Source: Eledone cirrhosa
Taxonomy: Eukaryota
NCBI GenBank assembly: GCA_964016885.1
Contig: OZ024743.1
Span: forward strand, 158,100,001 to 158,164,000
Length of the DNA: 64,000 nucleotides
Direction of reading: 5' to 3'
In this document: positions 1 through 13,015 of the stretch, piece after piece
How positions within the stretch are numbered: the first letter of the stretch is position 1
Layout: each line of letters starts with the position of its first letter
The notes under the pieces: generated by a model
Told to the model about the DNA's origin: nothing
The model's input: the letters and a program-made list of their open reading frames with translations, nothing else
Databases searched by the model: none
Position numbers and translations under genes: made by a program

Positions 1-511
1 ATGCGTTGGTATGGACATGTGATGCATATGAAGGATGACAGCTGCATAAAAAGGTGCAGAGCACTAGAAGTCGATGGAAGCCATGAAGTGGGAAGACCCA
101 AGAAGACCTGGGATGAGGTGATAAAAGCCGACCTTACCCAATTGCACCTCCCAAAGGTGATGACACAGGACCATGACCTCTGGCGTCAAGCAGTAATACA
201 GAAACCCGACTTCTCACGGGTACATGCCGAAGCTGAAGCACATAGACCATATGCCCCCATCCCCTCCCACTGTGAAGTGGTCGTGGAGGTGCCACGGCAT
301 AAAAGCACCCAGACCACACTGTAAAGTGGACGTGTAGGTGCCATGAAAAAAAAGCTCCCAGCACTCACTGTAAATGAGGTTGGTGTTAGGAAGGGTATCC
401 AGCTGTAGAAATCAAACCGGACAAGGTCAGCCGACCGGACACTGCCCACAACAGGACAACCCATCTAACCCATGCTAGCGTGGAAGAACGGACGTAAAAC
501 GGTGATGATGA

Positions 512-514
<3 letters not shown>
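1..514 (+). mobile_element. RTE-clade LINE, 3' end
   Basis: ORF RWYGHVMHMKDD...GRPKKTWDEVIKADL is a typical RTE C-terminus. The 3' UTR ends in AACCCATGCTAGCGTGGAAGAACGGACGTAAAACGG(TGA)n. Same family as 41747-42345 and 62123-63180. Confidence 0.85.
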
Positions 515-557
<43 letters not shown>

Positions 558-559
<2 letters not shown>

Positions 560-3120
560 TTCTCTATTAGCCACAGGGGCACAAGAGAAGGGGACAAATA
601 CAAAGGGGGAAGTTTACATACAATAAAACGTGTAAAATGTTATCACAAATGCAATTTAAAAAGTTAGTCGATTTTCCCCAATAGGGGGAGACATTTCATA
701 TGGGTAACACATACGCCCGAAAAAAATGTGCAACCCTCATCTCCAGGAGTACGAAGAGTTTGTACCCCCTTCCTCTCTTCCTCCTTCTCAACTGACAGGC
801 CAGGGACTTTTGGAAGTTGTCCATCGGTCCCGGGCCAGTTCGTCTTCCTCTACGCCTAGAGTTTCTCCGAGCGCGTCGTCGCACTTGCTGCAGATCAACC
901 TTCTATAGAATGACGAAGTGGAATCTCCACTGATCGCCGGGTCCGCCTGCCAAAGGGCTGTGAGCGCCTGAGCACATTCGATGTGCAAGTCGCCCATTTT
1001 CCTCGGTCTTTGCTTGACCCAGGACTGCAGCTCGGTCAGCGAGACTAGTCGTGGGAATGCCTGCCTCACGAACGGGACCCACACCGGTTTTCCGGTGAGG
1101 AATACGTGGAGGTCCCGCAGCCTGAGCGCGTGTTTGCGCATCGTCAGCCACGGCATCCCCAGCCCTCCGTTGGAAGGGTGTTGGCAGCAGATGGATCTTC
1201 TCACCGAAGGAGCCCGCCTCTTCCAAAGGAATTAGAAGAGCGCGCGCTCCATTTTGGTGAGCGTTTTGGCTGGACAAGGCACGACAGTCAAGCGGTAGTA
1301 GATGGCAGATGCTATAAAAGTGTTTGCCACCTCCGCTCGACCTTTCAAGGATAGTTTGCACTCGGCCCACTTCTGGGTGAGTGCAAACACCTTGGCCGTC
1401 CCCTCGTTCCAGTTCTTTTCCACCTGGAGGTCCGGACCAAACCAGACCCCGAGCAGCTTTACCGGTCATTCCGTCCAGCGTCCGACGACGCCATCTGAAG
1501 GCATCGGTCTGCCTCTCCACGATCCGAGTTGCAAACCAATGGACTTGTCCCGGTTCAGCTTCGCTCCTGTGAACCTTTTGTATTCCTTCAGTAAGGTGCC
1601 GACTTCCTCGATTTGCGAGGTGCTCGACAAAATTACTGTCACCTCGTCGGCGTAGGCCGACGCCGCTTTCCGCAGTCCCGGTTCCAGAGGGGTGCCCTGC
1701 AATAGCTCTAACATCCGCAGTAGTGGCTCGAGAATAAATACGCACAGAAGGGAGGAGAGAGGGCATCCCTGTCGAATGGATCGCGTGATATGGAACGGCT
1801 CCGAGAGGTAGCCCTTCACCTTGACCCTTGAGCAGATGTTGCTGTTGTGCATTGCAGCAATCCAGCCCCTGAACACGGGTCCGAAGCCTGCCGCCTCGAG
1901 CACCGCATCCAGGTAACGATGGTCAACCCTATCGAAAGCCTTAGACTGATCCAAATTGATTAGGGCCCCACCGAAGCCGGGTTTACACCCTACCCTCTAT
2001 ATGATGTATCGCATGAGGTGGAGGTTGTCGTGTATGGACCTGGTCGGGATTGCGCATGTCTGCGCTTCTCCCACCAGGTTCCCGACGACAAGCGCCAGCC
2101 TCTTTGCCAACACCTTGGCCAAAATCTGTAACTCTGTGTTTAGCAGAGTTATGGGCCGGAAGTCGCCTATGTCATCCCCCTTATTCTCGTCCTTCCTGAC
2201 TAGTGAGACTATTCCCCCGGTCACAGAACTGGGAATTCGCCCGTTCTGCTGCCAGTTGCAGTAGACCGCTTCCAGGAGACTGGAGAATAAGTCCAGCATT
2301 GCTACGTAAAATTCGTAGGGTAGACCGTCGAGACCTGGAGATTTGCGTTTGCCGCATTGGCTCAGCGCGTCCCCATCTCAGCGGCTGAAATCGGCTTTTC
2401 GCAGAACTTCGCCTCGCTGTCCGAGAGTCGCGGTAGGCCGTCGAGGTATGGACCGAAATCCATAGCCCCTCCCGGCGCGCCGCTATGTCTGAACAGTTGA
2501 GCAAAGTGCCGCTGAAAGGCCGCACACATCTGCTTCGGCTCACGTATCACACGTCCATCTTTGTCCTTCAAAGACCGAATCGTGGACTTGTTGCCACTTT
2601 TTGCCTCCGTCACTCGGACCCAGCTAACAGCTTTGGCTCCCTCGTTTCCCAGAGCACGTATTTTGCTCCTGACAACGCAGCCCTCGTGCTTTGCGTCGAA
2701 GAACTGGTCCATGGCCGTTCTCATTGCTAGCACGCTGGCTAGGTTGCCACTTCTAATTGCCTCTTCTATTTTATCTACCAGTTCCTTCTCCGTCCTATTT
2801 CTATTTAACGCTAATTCTTTACTAAAAACTAACGAGTCTAATCTAACTGCCCCCTTGGGAGAGTACCACCATCTGTTGTTGACAATGGCCCCTGTCAAGT
2901 GCTGTTTAACTAAAGTGCTAATCCGTCTACTGTACGCTTTGCATGTCGGTAACGAAAAGTTCAGCTTCCAGTAGCCGGGTCCTTGTCTATGGGTTCTATC
3001 AAGTTTGACCATGCAGGTCACTAGTTTGTGATCTGAATAGGTAACCATGAACATTTGTGGACAGCTTAACATGTCCCTATCCTTATTTCTAACTAGAACC
3101 CTATCTAGGTACGATCTAGA
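558..3120 (-). mobile_element. Tx1/L1-clade LINE, 5'-truncated copy 1
   Basis: APE end (SYLDRVLV, YSDHKLV, GPGYWKLN), RT (DFRPITLLN, DQSKAFDRVDH, RQGCPLS, YADE) and GGLGMP. Frameshifted. Confidence 0.88.
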
Positions 3121-3125
3121 TAGAG

Positions 3126-3186
<61 letters not shown>

Positions 3187-3187
3187 T
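3121..3187. repeat. (GATA)n microsatellite between the two Tx1 copies
   Basis: Directly visible. Confidence 0.95.
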
Positions 3188-4662
3188 GTTTCTTTATTAG
3201 CCACAGGGGCACAAAAGAAGGGGACAAATACAAAGGGGGAAGTTTACATACAATAAAAACGTGTAAAATATTATCACAAATACAATTTTAAAATTAGTCG
3301 ATTTTCCCCAATAGGGGGATACATTACATATGGGTAACAAATACTCCCGAAAAAAATGTGCAAACCTCATCTCCAGGAGTACGAAGAGTTTGTACTCCTT
3401 TCCTCTCCTCCTCTTTTTCCTCAACCTACAGGCTGATATAGAGAGAAGGCCCATTCACTCGGGCCATTCTCGCCACTTTCACCCACCTTTTATAAAACTT
3501 GCTGGGGTACAGCACCTCTCTCTCCATCCTGATTCTTCTTCCAAAGTGGTATTTGAAAAAAAGAATCAGTTGTTGGCCGGAGAGAAAGGTGTCTGACCTC
3601 AGCCCTTTCAACCTTGTCCACCATACAACCTCTTTCGCCATAGCTATCACACAAAGGAAAACCGCCTCTCCTTCGTTTTTGAAGGTGGGTGGCGGTTTGA
3701 TCATGACAATGGACTCAGTGATCAACCGGATTGGTCCCACCCGCAACTATAGTCGTTCTACATAGCCCCACAGGTCGGTTACGCCCGGGCAGTGTATGAA
3801 TGCGTGCGTGACGGTTTCTTCGTCTCGCACGCACCTCGGACAGACTTTTTTGCAGGGTTCCTGCCCAGTCACCCATGTCTGTAGAGCTTGTCTCGAACTG
3901 GTAGAGCTCCTCGGTAGCACTGCCAGGCCAGGGACTTTTGGAAGTTGTCTATCGGTCCCGGGCAGAAGGTCCTACCGAACAGACTGGCCAGTTTGTCTTC
4001 CTCTACGCCAGAGTTCAGCGAGCGCGTCGTCGCACTTGCTGCGGATCAACACTCTATAGAATGACGAAGTGGAGTCTCCACTGATCGCCGGGTCCGCCTG
4101 CCAGAGGGCTGTGAGTGCCTGAGCACATTCGATGTGCCAGTCGCCCATTTTCCTCGGTCTTAGCTTGACCCAGGACTGCAGCTCGGTCAGCGAGACGAGT
4201 CGTGGGAAGGCTCGCCTCACGAACGGGGCCCATACCGGTTGTCCGGTAAGGAATACGTAGAGATACCGCAGCCTGAGCGCATGTTTGCGCATTGTTAGCC
4301 ATGGCATTCCCAGCCCTCCGTTGGAAGGGTGTTGGCAGCAGATGGATCTTCTCACCAAAGGAGCCCGCCTCTTCCAAAGGAATTAGAAGAGCGCGCACTC
4401 CATTTTGGTGAGCGTTTTGGCTGGACAAGGCACGACGGTTAAGCGGTAGTAGATGGCAGACGCTATAAAAGTGTTCGCCACCTCCGCTCGACCTTTCAAG
4501 GATAGTTTGCACTCGGCCCACTTCTGGGTGAGAGCAAACACCTTGGCCGACACCTCGTTCCAGTTTTTCTCCACCTGGAGGTCTGGATCAAACCAGACCC
4601 CGAGCAGCTTTACCGGTCCTTCCGTCCAGCGTCCGACGACGCCATCAGAAGGCATCGGTTTG
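3188..4662 (-). mobile_element. Tx1/L1-clade LINE, 5'-truncated copy 2
   Basis: Close paralogue of 558-1510. Retains the C-terminal CCHC knuckle CPRCVRDEETVTHAFIHC (about 3790-3845). Flanked by (GATA)n on both sides. Confidence 0.88.
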
Positions 4663-4720
<58 letters not shown>

Positions 4721-5104
4721 CATATATACATACGTGTGTATGTATATATATATATATATTACATCCTACCACTAAAATATTGATCTGAATAGAGGTGAGA
4801 TAACTGAGTGCATAATATTTTAAACTATTATTTCAAGTTAAAACCTTTAACAAGCAAGCATTAAATTATAAATTCATCAGTTCAATCATCTGTCAAGAAT
4901 AGATGTCTGATCTCACAATATTTTTAGATTTCCTACTTATCTGGAGAAACTACTCTAACAAGGTAAATTGATAAAAACAAGCATATCTAATGTTTGGAGC
5001 ACAGGATTGATATGTCATCTATACCAGGATTACTGGGTATATGAACAATCATATAAACTGGAGGAATTTCCAATTTGTTAAATTTATTGTTTGCATGTTG
5101 GTAT

Positions 5105-5389
5105 CACAAAAAAAGCACCCAGCCCACACTATAAAGTGGTTGTGTAATGCCACGACAGAAAGCACCCAGCCCACCCTGTAAAGTGGTTGTGTAGGTCTCA
5201 TGACAAAAAGCACCCAGCACACACTGTATATGTGGTTGACATTAGGAAGGGCATCCAGCTGTAGAAATCTAGCCAGAAACAGTCCAATATGAGCAAGACA
5301 CGGTCTTCTGCCCAACTTGCCTCTAATGGGACAACCTGTCTAACCCATGCTAGCATAGAAAGTGGATGTTAAATGGTGATGATGACGAT
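5105..5389 (+). mobile_element. Non-autonomous RTE-related tail (bipartite RTE/SINE body)
   Basis: Three AAAAGCACCCAG..CACTGTAAAGTGG units, then TAGGAAGGGCATCCAGCTGTAGAAA, then AACCCATGCTAGCAT..GTTAAATGGTGATGATG. Confidence 0.75.
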
Positions 5390-5427
5390 CCCACTACAAG
5401 ACTGCTGAGCCAACGGATCTTCTAAAT

Positions 5428-5708
5428 CAGTGATGGGCAACCTGCGGCCCGCGAAGCTGTCTGAATGGCTCACCTAAGTCACCTAAGTAAAATCTTTCTG
5501 ATTTTTTTACCCAAACTTTTCAGTCGTAATTTATCTTTCTATCATTTTTACAATCGAGGGAAATAACATGTACTAATTCTGAAGAAACAAATCAAAACAA
5601 CCTCAGTTACCGGCCTTTTTTTTTAATGTGGGCATGAATGTAAATTAGCGCCTGATGATGAGCCATATCTCATGTAGCCCGCTTCTCGAAAAACGTTCCC
5701 CATGCCTG
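5428..5708. mobile_element. hAT-type MITE
   Basis: 8-bp TSD TTCTAAAT (5420-5427 and 5709-5716). Imperfect TIRs CAGTGATGGGCAACCT / CAGGCATGGGGAACGT (12 of 16 match). Confidence 0.8.
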
Positions 5709-6099
5709 TTCTAAATGGTCATTCAAACATCCTTAATACCTCATCTATATTATCCTCCCCCAATCCATTCTTCCCAGAGCGACTACACACTTATCCCCAC
5801 TTTTTCCTAACCTTATTGTCCCTTCCATCGATTTTTGCATGAGCTACTTCACTAAACTCCAAGTCCTCTTCCCATATTGCTCCCACCATCACTCTATTCT
5901 CCTCAGAGCTACTTGCACTCTAAAATTCAATTCCCCGCCCATATTTCAATCCACCACCACCACCACCACCACCATTAATATCAACTTACAAACTATCAAT
6001 CTCAATAACAACCAGATCAATTGCACCAGTTTGTGGGGGAGTACAAAGGTTATTTGGGGCTATCTCTTCTCCCCTGACAAATTCCTCAATAAAGAACTA

Positions 6100-6127
6100 T
6101 TATATGTATGTATAAATGTATATATAA

Positions 6128-6217
<90 letters not shown>

Positions 6218-6220
6218 TTA

Positions 6221-6294
<74 letters not shown>

Positions 6295-6298
6295 ATAC

Positions 6299-6330
<32 letters not shown>

Positions 6331-6582
6331 TTATGCATATCTCTATATATATACACATATGTGTGAATGCGCATGTGAGTGGTGTGTAATATATATACAT
6401 ATGCAGTCATACACATAGATATATCTATATGTTTATGTATGGTTGTGTGTGTATGTATATATATGTGTGTGTGTATGTATACAATATACGTTTATATGAA
6501 CACACACACATGTATGTGTGTATGTGTTTATTTACTTATATGTGTACATATGCATATATATCTGTAAGTTTATATATATATA
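6100..6582. repeat. (TA)n/(CA)n/(TG)n compound microsatellite
   Basis: Directly visible. Confidence 0.95.
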
Positions 6583-8632
6583 GTTATATTTGGGGAGGGT
6601 CATATTTGCGTAATATTGCCAGAATTAATAACAGAACACACTCACTGTTTGGTTGGTTTTCGCTTCTCGCTGTCTTTTATATATATATATCTGCGATCTA
6701 ACTTACTCGGTCCTCAATGTTGCCATTGACTGACCGGCGGTCAAAAATAATACAGATACAATATAGACAAACACATATATATATAGTTTACATAAATCTT
6801 TCGTTGCACATCTGCAACATCGTCAGTGGTGTTATATTCATTGTTCCTCCTGTTGTGTTGTATGTCTACGCCATTTTTTTTGTTCAGTCTGTCTATATAT
6901 TTATTTATTTATTTGCTTGTTTGTTTATCTTATTTTATTTTGTCTTCTTTGCGCATGCGTTTGCGTGTGTGTATAGTGTTATGTGTGATGTGTGACTAGT
7001 GTGTATAGTGTTGTCTGCTGGGTGACTAGTGTGTGTTTATGTGCTTGTGTATGTATTTATTTATCTTATTTTATTTAATTTAATTTACTTATTTATTTAT
7101 ACTTCTCTTAGGTCAGTGTTGTTTGTTTGGGTGTTGTTGTTGTTCCACTCATTCTTTCTGTTTAGCTTTGGTCTTCTAATTTCTATTTCACTGGCCTCTC
7201 TGATTTGCCTATCTGCTGGGTCATTCCTATGTTTAGATATTATTCTAATTTCTATGTTGTCTATGTTACCGTCATGATGTTGTCTAGCATGTTCGTATAG
7301 TACTGACCCGTTTTTTCGTCCTTTTAGTTCCCCCCAGTGTTGGTCTATCCTTTCACCTATGCTACGAGCTGTCTCACCTATGTATGTTGTTGTCGTGTTT
7401 CTGCAAGTACCCTCTGTACATCTTATGCTATAGACTACGTTTCTAGTTTTACAGTTTATCCGGGGGTTCACCTTACATATGATACATTTCCTATTGGTAC
7501 AGTGGGTTTTCTTAAAAGGGTAGGTTTTGCTGATCAGGGATTTTATGGTGGTTCCTGGCTTTTCTACCACCTTTATTTTTAAGTGGGTCTTTCTCAGGGC
7601 CTTTCTACACTGGTTAGCTAATTTCCCTCCAGGGGTGGCGTCCACAAACATGACACTCTGATATCTCTGGTTGTCGTACCATGATGTGGCCTTCCCTATC
7701 TTATGTCTAGCCCTATCTAAGCTATTCCATGATTTGCTCCTGTATAGTGGGCAAATTCCTTTCATGTCCAGTTCTATGAGGGTCTTATACTTTTCCATGG
7801 CTCCTTCGTATACTCTGACTCTGTCTCTTTGGTTGTAGCCAGAGAACTGCATGCGGTTGATGAAGTGTTGGATGTGTCCTTCCATTTCTGTTGGGTCGCA
7901 CATGCTGGACACATTCTTCATCACTCGTACCAAATCTGCGATCAGAATATTAAACTTAGCACTACTGGACATTGCTGAGTTTTTGAGTATCAGGTATTTG
8001 GAGGCCATGGGTTTAGCATAGTGTGAGTGGAGAATTTGGGCTCTCTCGTCTATAGTGTTAATCCAGAGTTCTGTGTCTAATACAGGTAGTCTATTGTTAG
8101 GGTGTTTGGAAGGGAAGTCTATAGTTACAGTTATACTCTGGTGTATGGAATTAGCTATCTGCTGGATGCTTTCCATCGTGCTACGTTCTAAATCAAACTT
8201 GTTAGTGCTCTCTAGTGGGGGTGTTCTTATAACTATATTGATATCGTCTACATAACGAGAGTACATGATGAGGTCTATGGAGCTTTCATTAAGGAGATCT
8301 TTAAGTCTCCTTTCCCACCATACCATGAAAAGGTTGGCAACATCGCCAGCTATGCTGACGCCGATGGCTGCTCCCTCATTTTGGGTGTAGATTTTCTCAT
8401 TGAACTTAAATATGTGGCCCTTTAGGGTAGTTTTGATACTAGCCCCTATTGCATGTGCGACCATTTTTCTTACCTGATCAGTGTTTTGGGGGGTCCGTAT
8501 AGCTTTGGTCCACCCAATCCACCTTCCTATGTGTGTTCTGTTATTAATTCTGGCAATATTACGCAAATATGACCCTCCCCAAATATAACAATATCTGTTT
8601 CGACACACGATTTCATATAAAAAACCTCGCAA

Positions 8633-8635
<3 letters not shown>
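6583..8635 (-). mobile_element. Penelope-like element (RT + GIY-YIG), 5'-truncated, with inverted terminal segment; Naiad-like
   Basis: Uninterrupted frame from about 8530 to 7097: GAAIG, RYVDD, PVLDTELW, then VVYSIRC...YIGETARSIGERIDQH and REASEI...LNRK. 59-bp inverted repeat at 6583-6641 / 8531-8589. (TA)n flanks. The subclade is inferred. Confidence 0.9.
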
Positions 8636-8671
<36 letters not shown>

Positions 8672-8797
8672 GTAGGAGGTGAGTTTTATTGTAGTACAAT
8701 AAAGCAATGCAGATATCGGATAAGAAGCACTCTACAGTTTGTAGGACTGGAGTATGCATAATATAAGATCAAAAGATGGTTAAAGGAGTTCCATATA

Positions 8798-8863
8798 TTT
8801 TATTATGCGCATTTCAAAAACAAACATCATCATGCAATAATATTTGTGTTTTCATCAGATAAA
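8798..8863 (-). ncRNA. Type I hammerhead ribozyme (inverted copy)
   Basis: Reverse complement of the 8909-8975 fold. Confidence 0.75.
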
Positions 8864-8908
8864 GCACTATCCACAAGTGTTTTTTAGCCTTCATATCATG
8901 TTCTCCTG

Positions 8909-8975
8909 TTTTATCTGATGAAAACACAAATATTATTGCATGATGATGTTTGTTTTTGAAATGCGCATAATAAAA
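8909..8975 (+). ncRNA. Type I hammerhead ribozyme, palindromic stem III
   Basis: UUUUAU-CUGAUGA-stem II-GAAA-UGCGCA-UA-AUAAAA. Stem I UUUUAU/AUAAAA; stem III AUGCGCAU. Confidence 0.8.
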
Positions 8976-9031
8976 TATATGGAACTCCTTTAACCATCTT
9001 TTGATCTTATATTATATATATATATATATAT

Positions 9032-9640
<609 letters not shown>

Positions 9641-10070
9641 CACACTGACATAGAGAGAGAGAGAGTTAAAAGAGAGTAAAAATAGATATTTATAAGTTTA
9701 AATAAGTGAGGGCATGTATGAATATGGGCTGTGCATGAGTACACCTCTGTTCATGCATGTATTAAAGTTCTGTTTTTATTCCTCATGTTCTGATTGATAT
9801 GTAAAACCAGAAATTCAAGAAGGCAACCACACATACACACACATCATTTCCCAATCTGGAAAGTCTCTTCTATAATAATATACATATTTTCCCAAAATGG
9901 AAACAAATTCAATATGACGAAACTAAATTCATATGTGTCTAAAAATAGATTATCTTAGATTTCATTTTCATTTTAAATACGAATATTTTTAGAAACTATA
10001 CATTGACACATACACACACTGACACACATGCATGAACAGCATTTATGTATATATGTGTGTGTGGTGTATA

Positions 10071-10160
<90 letters not shown>

Positions 10161-10162
<2 letters not shown>

Positions 10163-10264
10163 CAAAGTGTCCTCAAAAAATGTATAGATCCTTCAACAGC
10201 ATTCTAATAAATATTGCCTGTACAGGTAATCAAAGTGTGTATACATTTTTGGGGAAACCCTGTA
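10161..10264. mobile_element. Tiny Tc1/mariner-type MITE
   Basis: TIRs TACAAAGTGTCCTCAAAAAATGTATA / TACAGGGTTTCCCCAAAAAATGTATA with TA flanks. Confidence 0.6.
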
Positions 10265-10279
10265 TATATCTATCTATCT

Positions 10280-10357
<78 letters not shown>

Positions 10358-10964
10358 ATCGGAGAAAGCTAATAGCGATACTCCGGTCAAATTCCAACTC
10401 ACTCAACAAACATTAGGAAATACCTAAACGTTCGGGGTACTAACTAAATGTATTGTGTGGAAAATTGGCTGTATCATTTCATATGAGATATATCAAATAT
10501 ATCTCTTCCCAGACGGACGTCTCGTTTCACTATAAGATTTCTACAATTTGGGTGAAATTATACCAATTTATGTAGAAGCTTGTATAAGATCAACAGATAC
10601 CTATTCAAGTGGGCTCTTATAATTCTTCAGTGGGTGCCCAATAATATTAATATTGATAACCAAATCAACATCAATATTTAGCGAGAATCACCATCAGTGC
10701 TTGAGGGAGCTGCTAGGTTGTTAGTCCAGCAGTTCTAAAGATAATCTCACACTGTCTCGAAAATAGGAGGAAGGAGATTACCGCCAAAAAACAATACATG
10801 CGCAGGTCAATGAATTCTGAAAAGAATTCAAGCCACGTGCTAGAACTCAATTGGATTTGAAAAAACAATCATATGTGCGCATCGCTTGATGACACACAGA
10901 TATTTTCTAGGGCAAAATAACAGAATGAGATACAAGAACAAACAATCAATATTCATATAAAAAA

Positions 10965-10969
<5 letters not shown>
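10358..10969 (-). mobile_element. Partial copy of the 683-nt HHR-bearing non-coding element
   Basis: Reverse-complement paralogue of about 21270-21886. (TA)n on both sides. Confidence 0.8.
10508..10634 (-). ncRNA. Type I hammerhead ribozyme with extended stem II
   Basis: CCCA-CUGAAGA-AUUAUAAGA...UCUUAUAGU-GAAA-CGAGACGUCCG-UC-UGGG. Confidence 0.8.
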
Positions 10970-11040
<71 letters not shown>

Positions 11041-11041
<1 letters not shown>

Positions 11042-11470
11042 TAGAAGGATTTAAATGGATACAGTTTAGTTAAAAGGAATTTATTGACACGTGTTTCAAT
11101 AACAGTTACATAACCTGAAAACAGCTGCTATCTACAAAGTATTAGTTATGCAGACATTCAATATTTCAATGTTATTATCAACTGTCATTTCATCAGAATA
11201 ATTTTACTGAGGACCTGTTTGGTTTTTATAGAGAATATTAGGAGGGAGGGGTGAAGTTGTTAGAAGAATAGTTGAGGGAGTGGTTTTTTGATAGCAGTGA
11301 GAATTTTTGGTGGCAGTGAGTAATTAGATTCCCATCTGTTGTTTTGACATTTTTATAGAATATATTATTGGTTATTTTTCTAAATCTATAGAAGGATTAG
11401 AGATAGTATAGATATGCATGGTTGGTTTTGTGTTTGCACTTAATTAACATTCAGACTTAAATTTTTCTTT
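11041..11470 (-). mobile_element. PLE-like 3' terminal fragment
   Basis: Carries a hammerhead and ends in (TA)n. The right end reads CKHKTN, resembling a PLE GIY-YIG ORF end. Confidence 0.55.
11081..11201 (-). ncRNA. Type I hammerhead ribozyme with extended stem II
   Basis: UUAUU-CUGAUGA-AAUGACAGUU...AACUGUUAUU-GAAA-CACGUG-UC-AAUAA. All three stems pair. Confidence 0.85.
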
Positions 11471-11714
11471 CAAGTGTACGTATCCTTTCGCCCACGCATT
11501 CACACACAAACATATATGCACACCTCTACAAAATACATATACTCACATACACATACTTACATGCTCATACTTACATACATATACACATGCACATATATAT
11601 ATATACATATATATACATATATACATGTACATACATACGCATTCATGTGTATACATTTTCATACTCAACTTATCGACGTATCGACACACACATATATACA
11701 TACATACTCCAGTC

Positions 11715-11791
<77 letters not shown>

Positions 11792-11949
11792 ACTTTAATA
11801 CATGAATACACTTACATCTAACTATACACATCAAACATATATATATATTTACTTATATATATACATTTTCACATATATATACATACATATGGTCGCTTTT
11901 AGACACATTCATTATACCATATTCGCACCTATTCTCATCAGCATATCTT

Positions 11950-12915
11950 TCCATTATTAGTGTGGTAATTTAAGGTTATTAATATACATATATATGTTGA
12001 GAAGTGATTGTTTTTATATTTTTCTAACTAGATTGAGGTTTATATAGTTGGGGGGATGTCCCTCTTTTATGTAATATTCAGCTTGTAGTGGGAAAAAAGG
12101 GTTTTAGTTCGGTGACGGCAGAATAATGTTCGTTCAATTCTGTTATTAAGCAATTTCTTCTTGTGTGTGATTATGTAATAAATCTCAAGATTACACAATT
12201 TGCAGAAATTTTGGCTCCTGGAAAAGCTTTGGGTTTTAGCTAATTTCTCCCATTTTAGGGTAAACTTTTGATCGCTATCCCTGAGCGTCCAAGCTTTTTC
12301 TGCTAAAGTTGTTACATTTCTTTGGCTCTGGTGTTTTATTGAGTAAGAATGCCTATATAATCGAGATTTAAACGATGTTGCCGTTGATCCCACGTAATAC
12401 CACTCGTTGCCTCCGGATTTAATAGTACACTTATAAATGATATTTTTTTCCAGGGAGTTATTGCTGAGGGGGAAGTTGTCAGGATAGGTGCAGTTACAGT
12501 TGTGTACGTTGGGTTTTCTCTGGAGTAGTATTGCGGACGAACTTAGGTGTGGTTTATTTATGTTCTGTAGTGTATTGTCTACTGTTTTTTTTTGTTCTTT
12601 GTACTTAAGTTTTTAGTGTTTTCGTTTAAACTTCTAGTATTGATCTTTTTTATGTGTTGTTCAAGGTTTAACGCTGTAGAGTATGACAGTCTTATAGTGG
12701 TAGGGTTTAGGATTTTGTGGTATTTGTGTGATGTAGGAAAATGTCTCTTAATTATTTTAAAGAAGAGTACTGGTAAATTTGTACTAATGGAACTATTGTA
12801 TTCAGGGTTATACCATAAGTACTCTTTGCATCGCTTTCTATTAGTTTTGTTTGTTGGTTTACTGGTGTGTATATTATGGTAGTAAGTGTGGTTTGGTGTT
12901 GTGGTTTGGTGTTAT
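11950..12915 (-). mobile_element. Penelope-like element 3' fragment (GIY-YIG)
   Basis: IIYKC...YYVGSTATSFKSRLYRH...CKLCNLEIYYI...LLNNR...CRHR. Upstream linker WYNPEYN. Confidence 0.8.
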
Positions 12916-12967
12916 AGAATCTTATAAGAATTCAACATTCATAATTTTCAACAGACAAGGGGAGTAC

Positions 12968-13015
12968 TAAACTCTGAGGAATACCAACAGTATGAAACAG
13001 AGATCTGTCAGCTTA
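12968..13015 (+). ncRNA. Type I hammerhead ribozyme in a probable inverted pLTR
   Basis: UAAACU-CUGAGGA-AUAC(CAACA)GUAU-GAAA-CAGAGAUCUG-UC-AGCUUA. Confidence 0.75.

Noticed and set aside
1106-2974. Plus-strand ORFs over the Tx1 element, and similar antisense ORFs over other TEs
   Set aside because: Shadow frames of GC-rich TE coding sequence.
4927-4962. Possible micro-exon (TTTTTAG...AAG/GTAAAT)
   Set aside because: No recognisable peptide or partner exons. Host exons elsewhere in the window cannot be excluded without RNA data.
5652-5700. CTGATGA...GAAA inside the hAT MITE
   Set aside because: No stem I pairing; likely chance.
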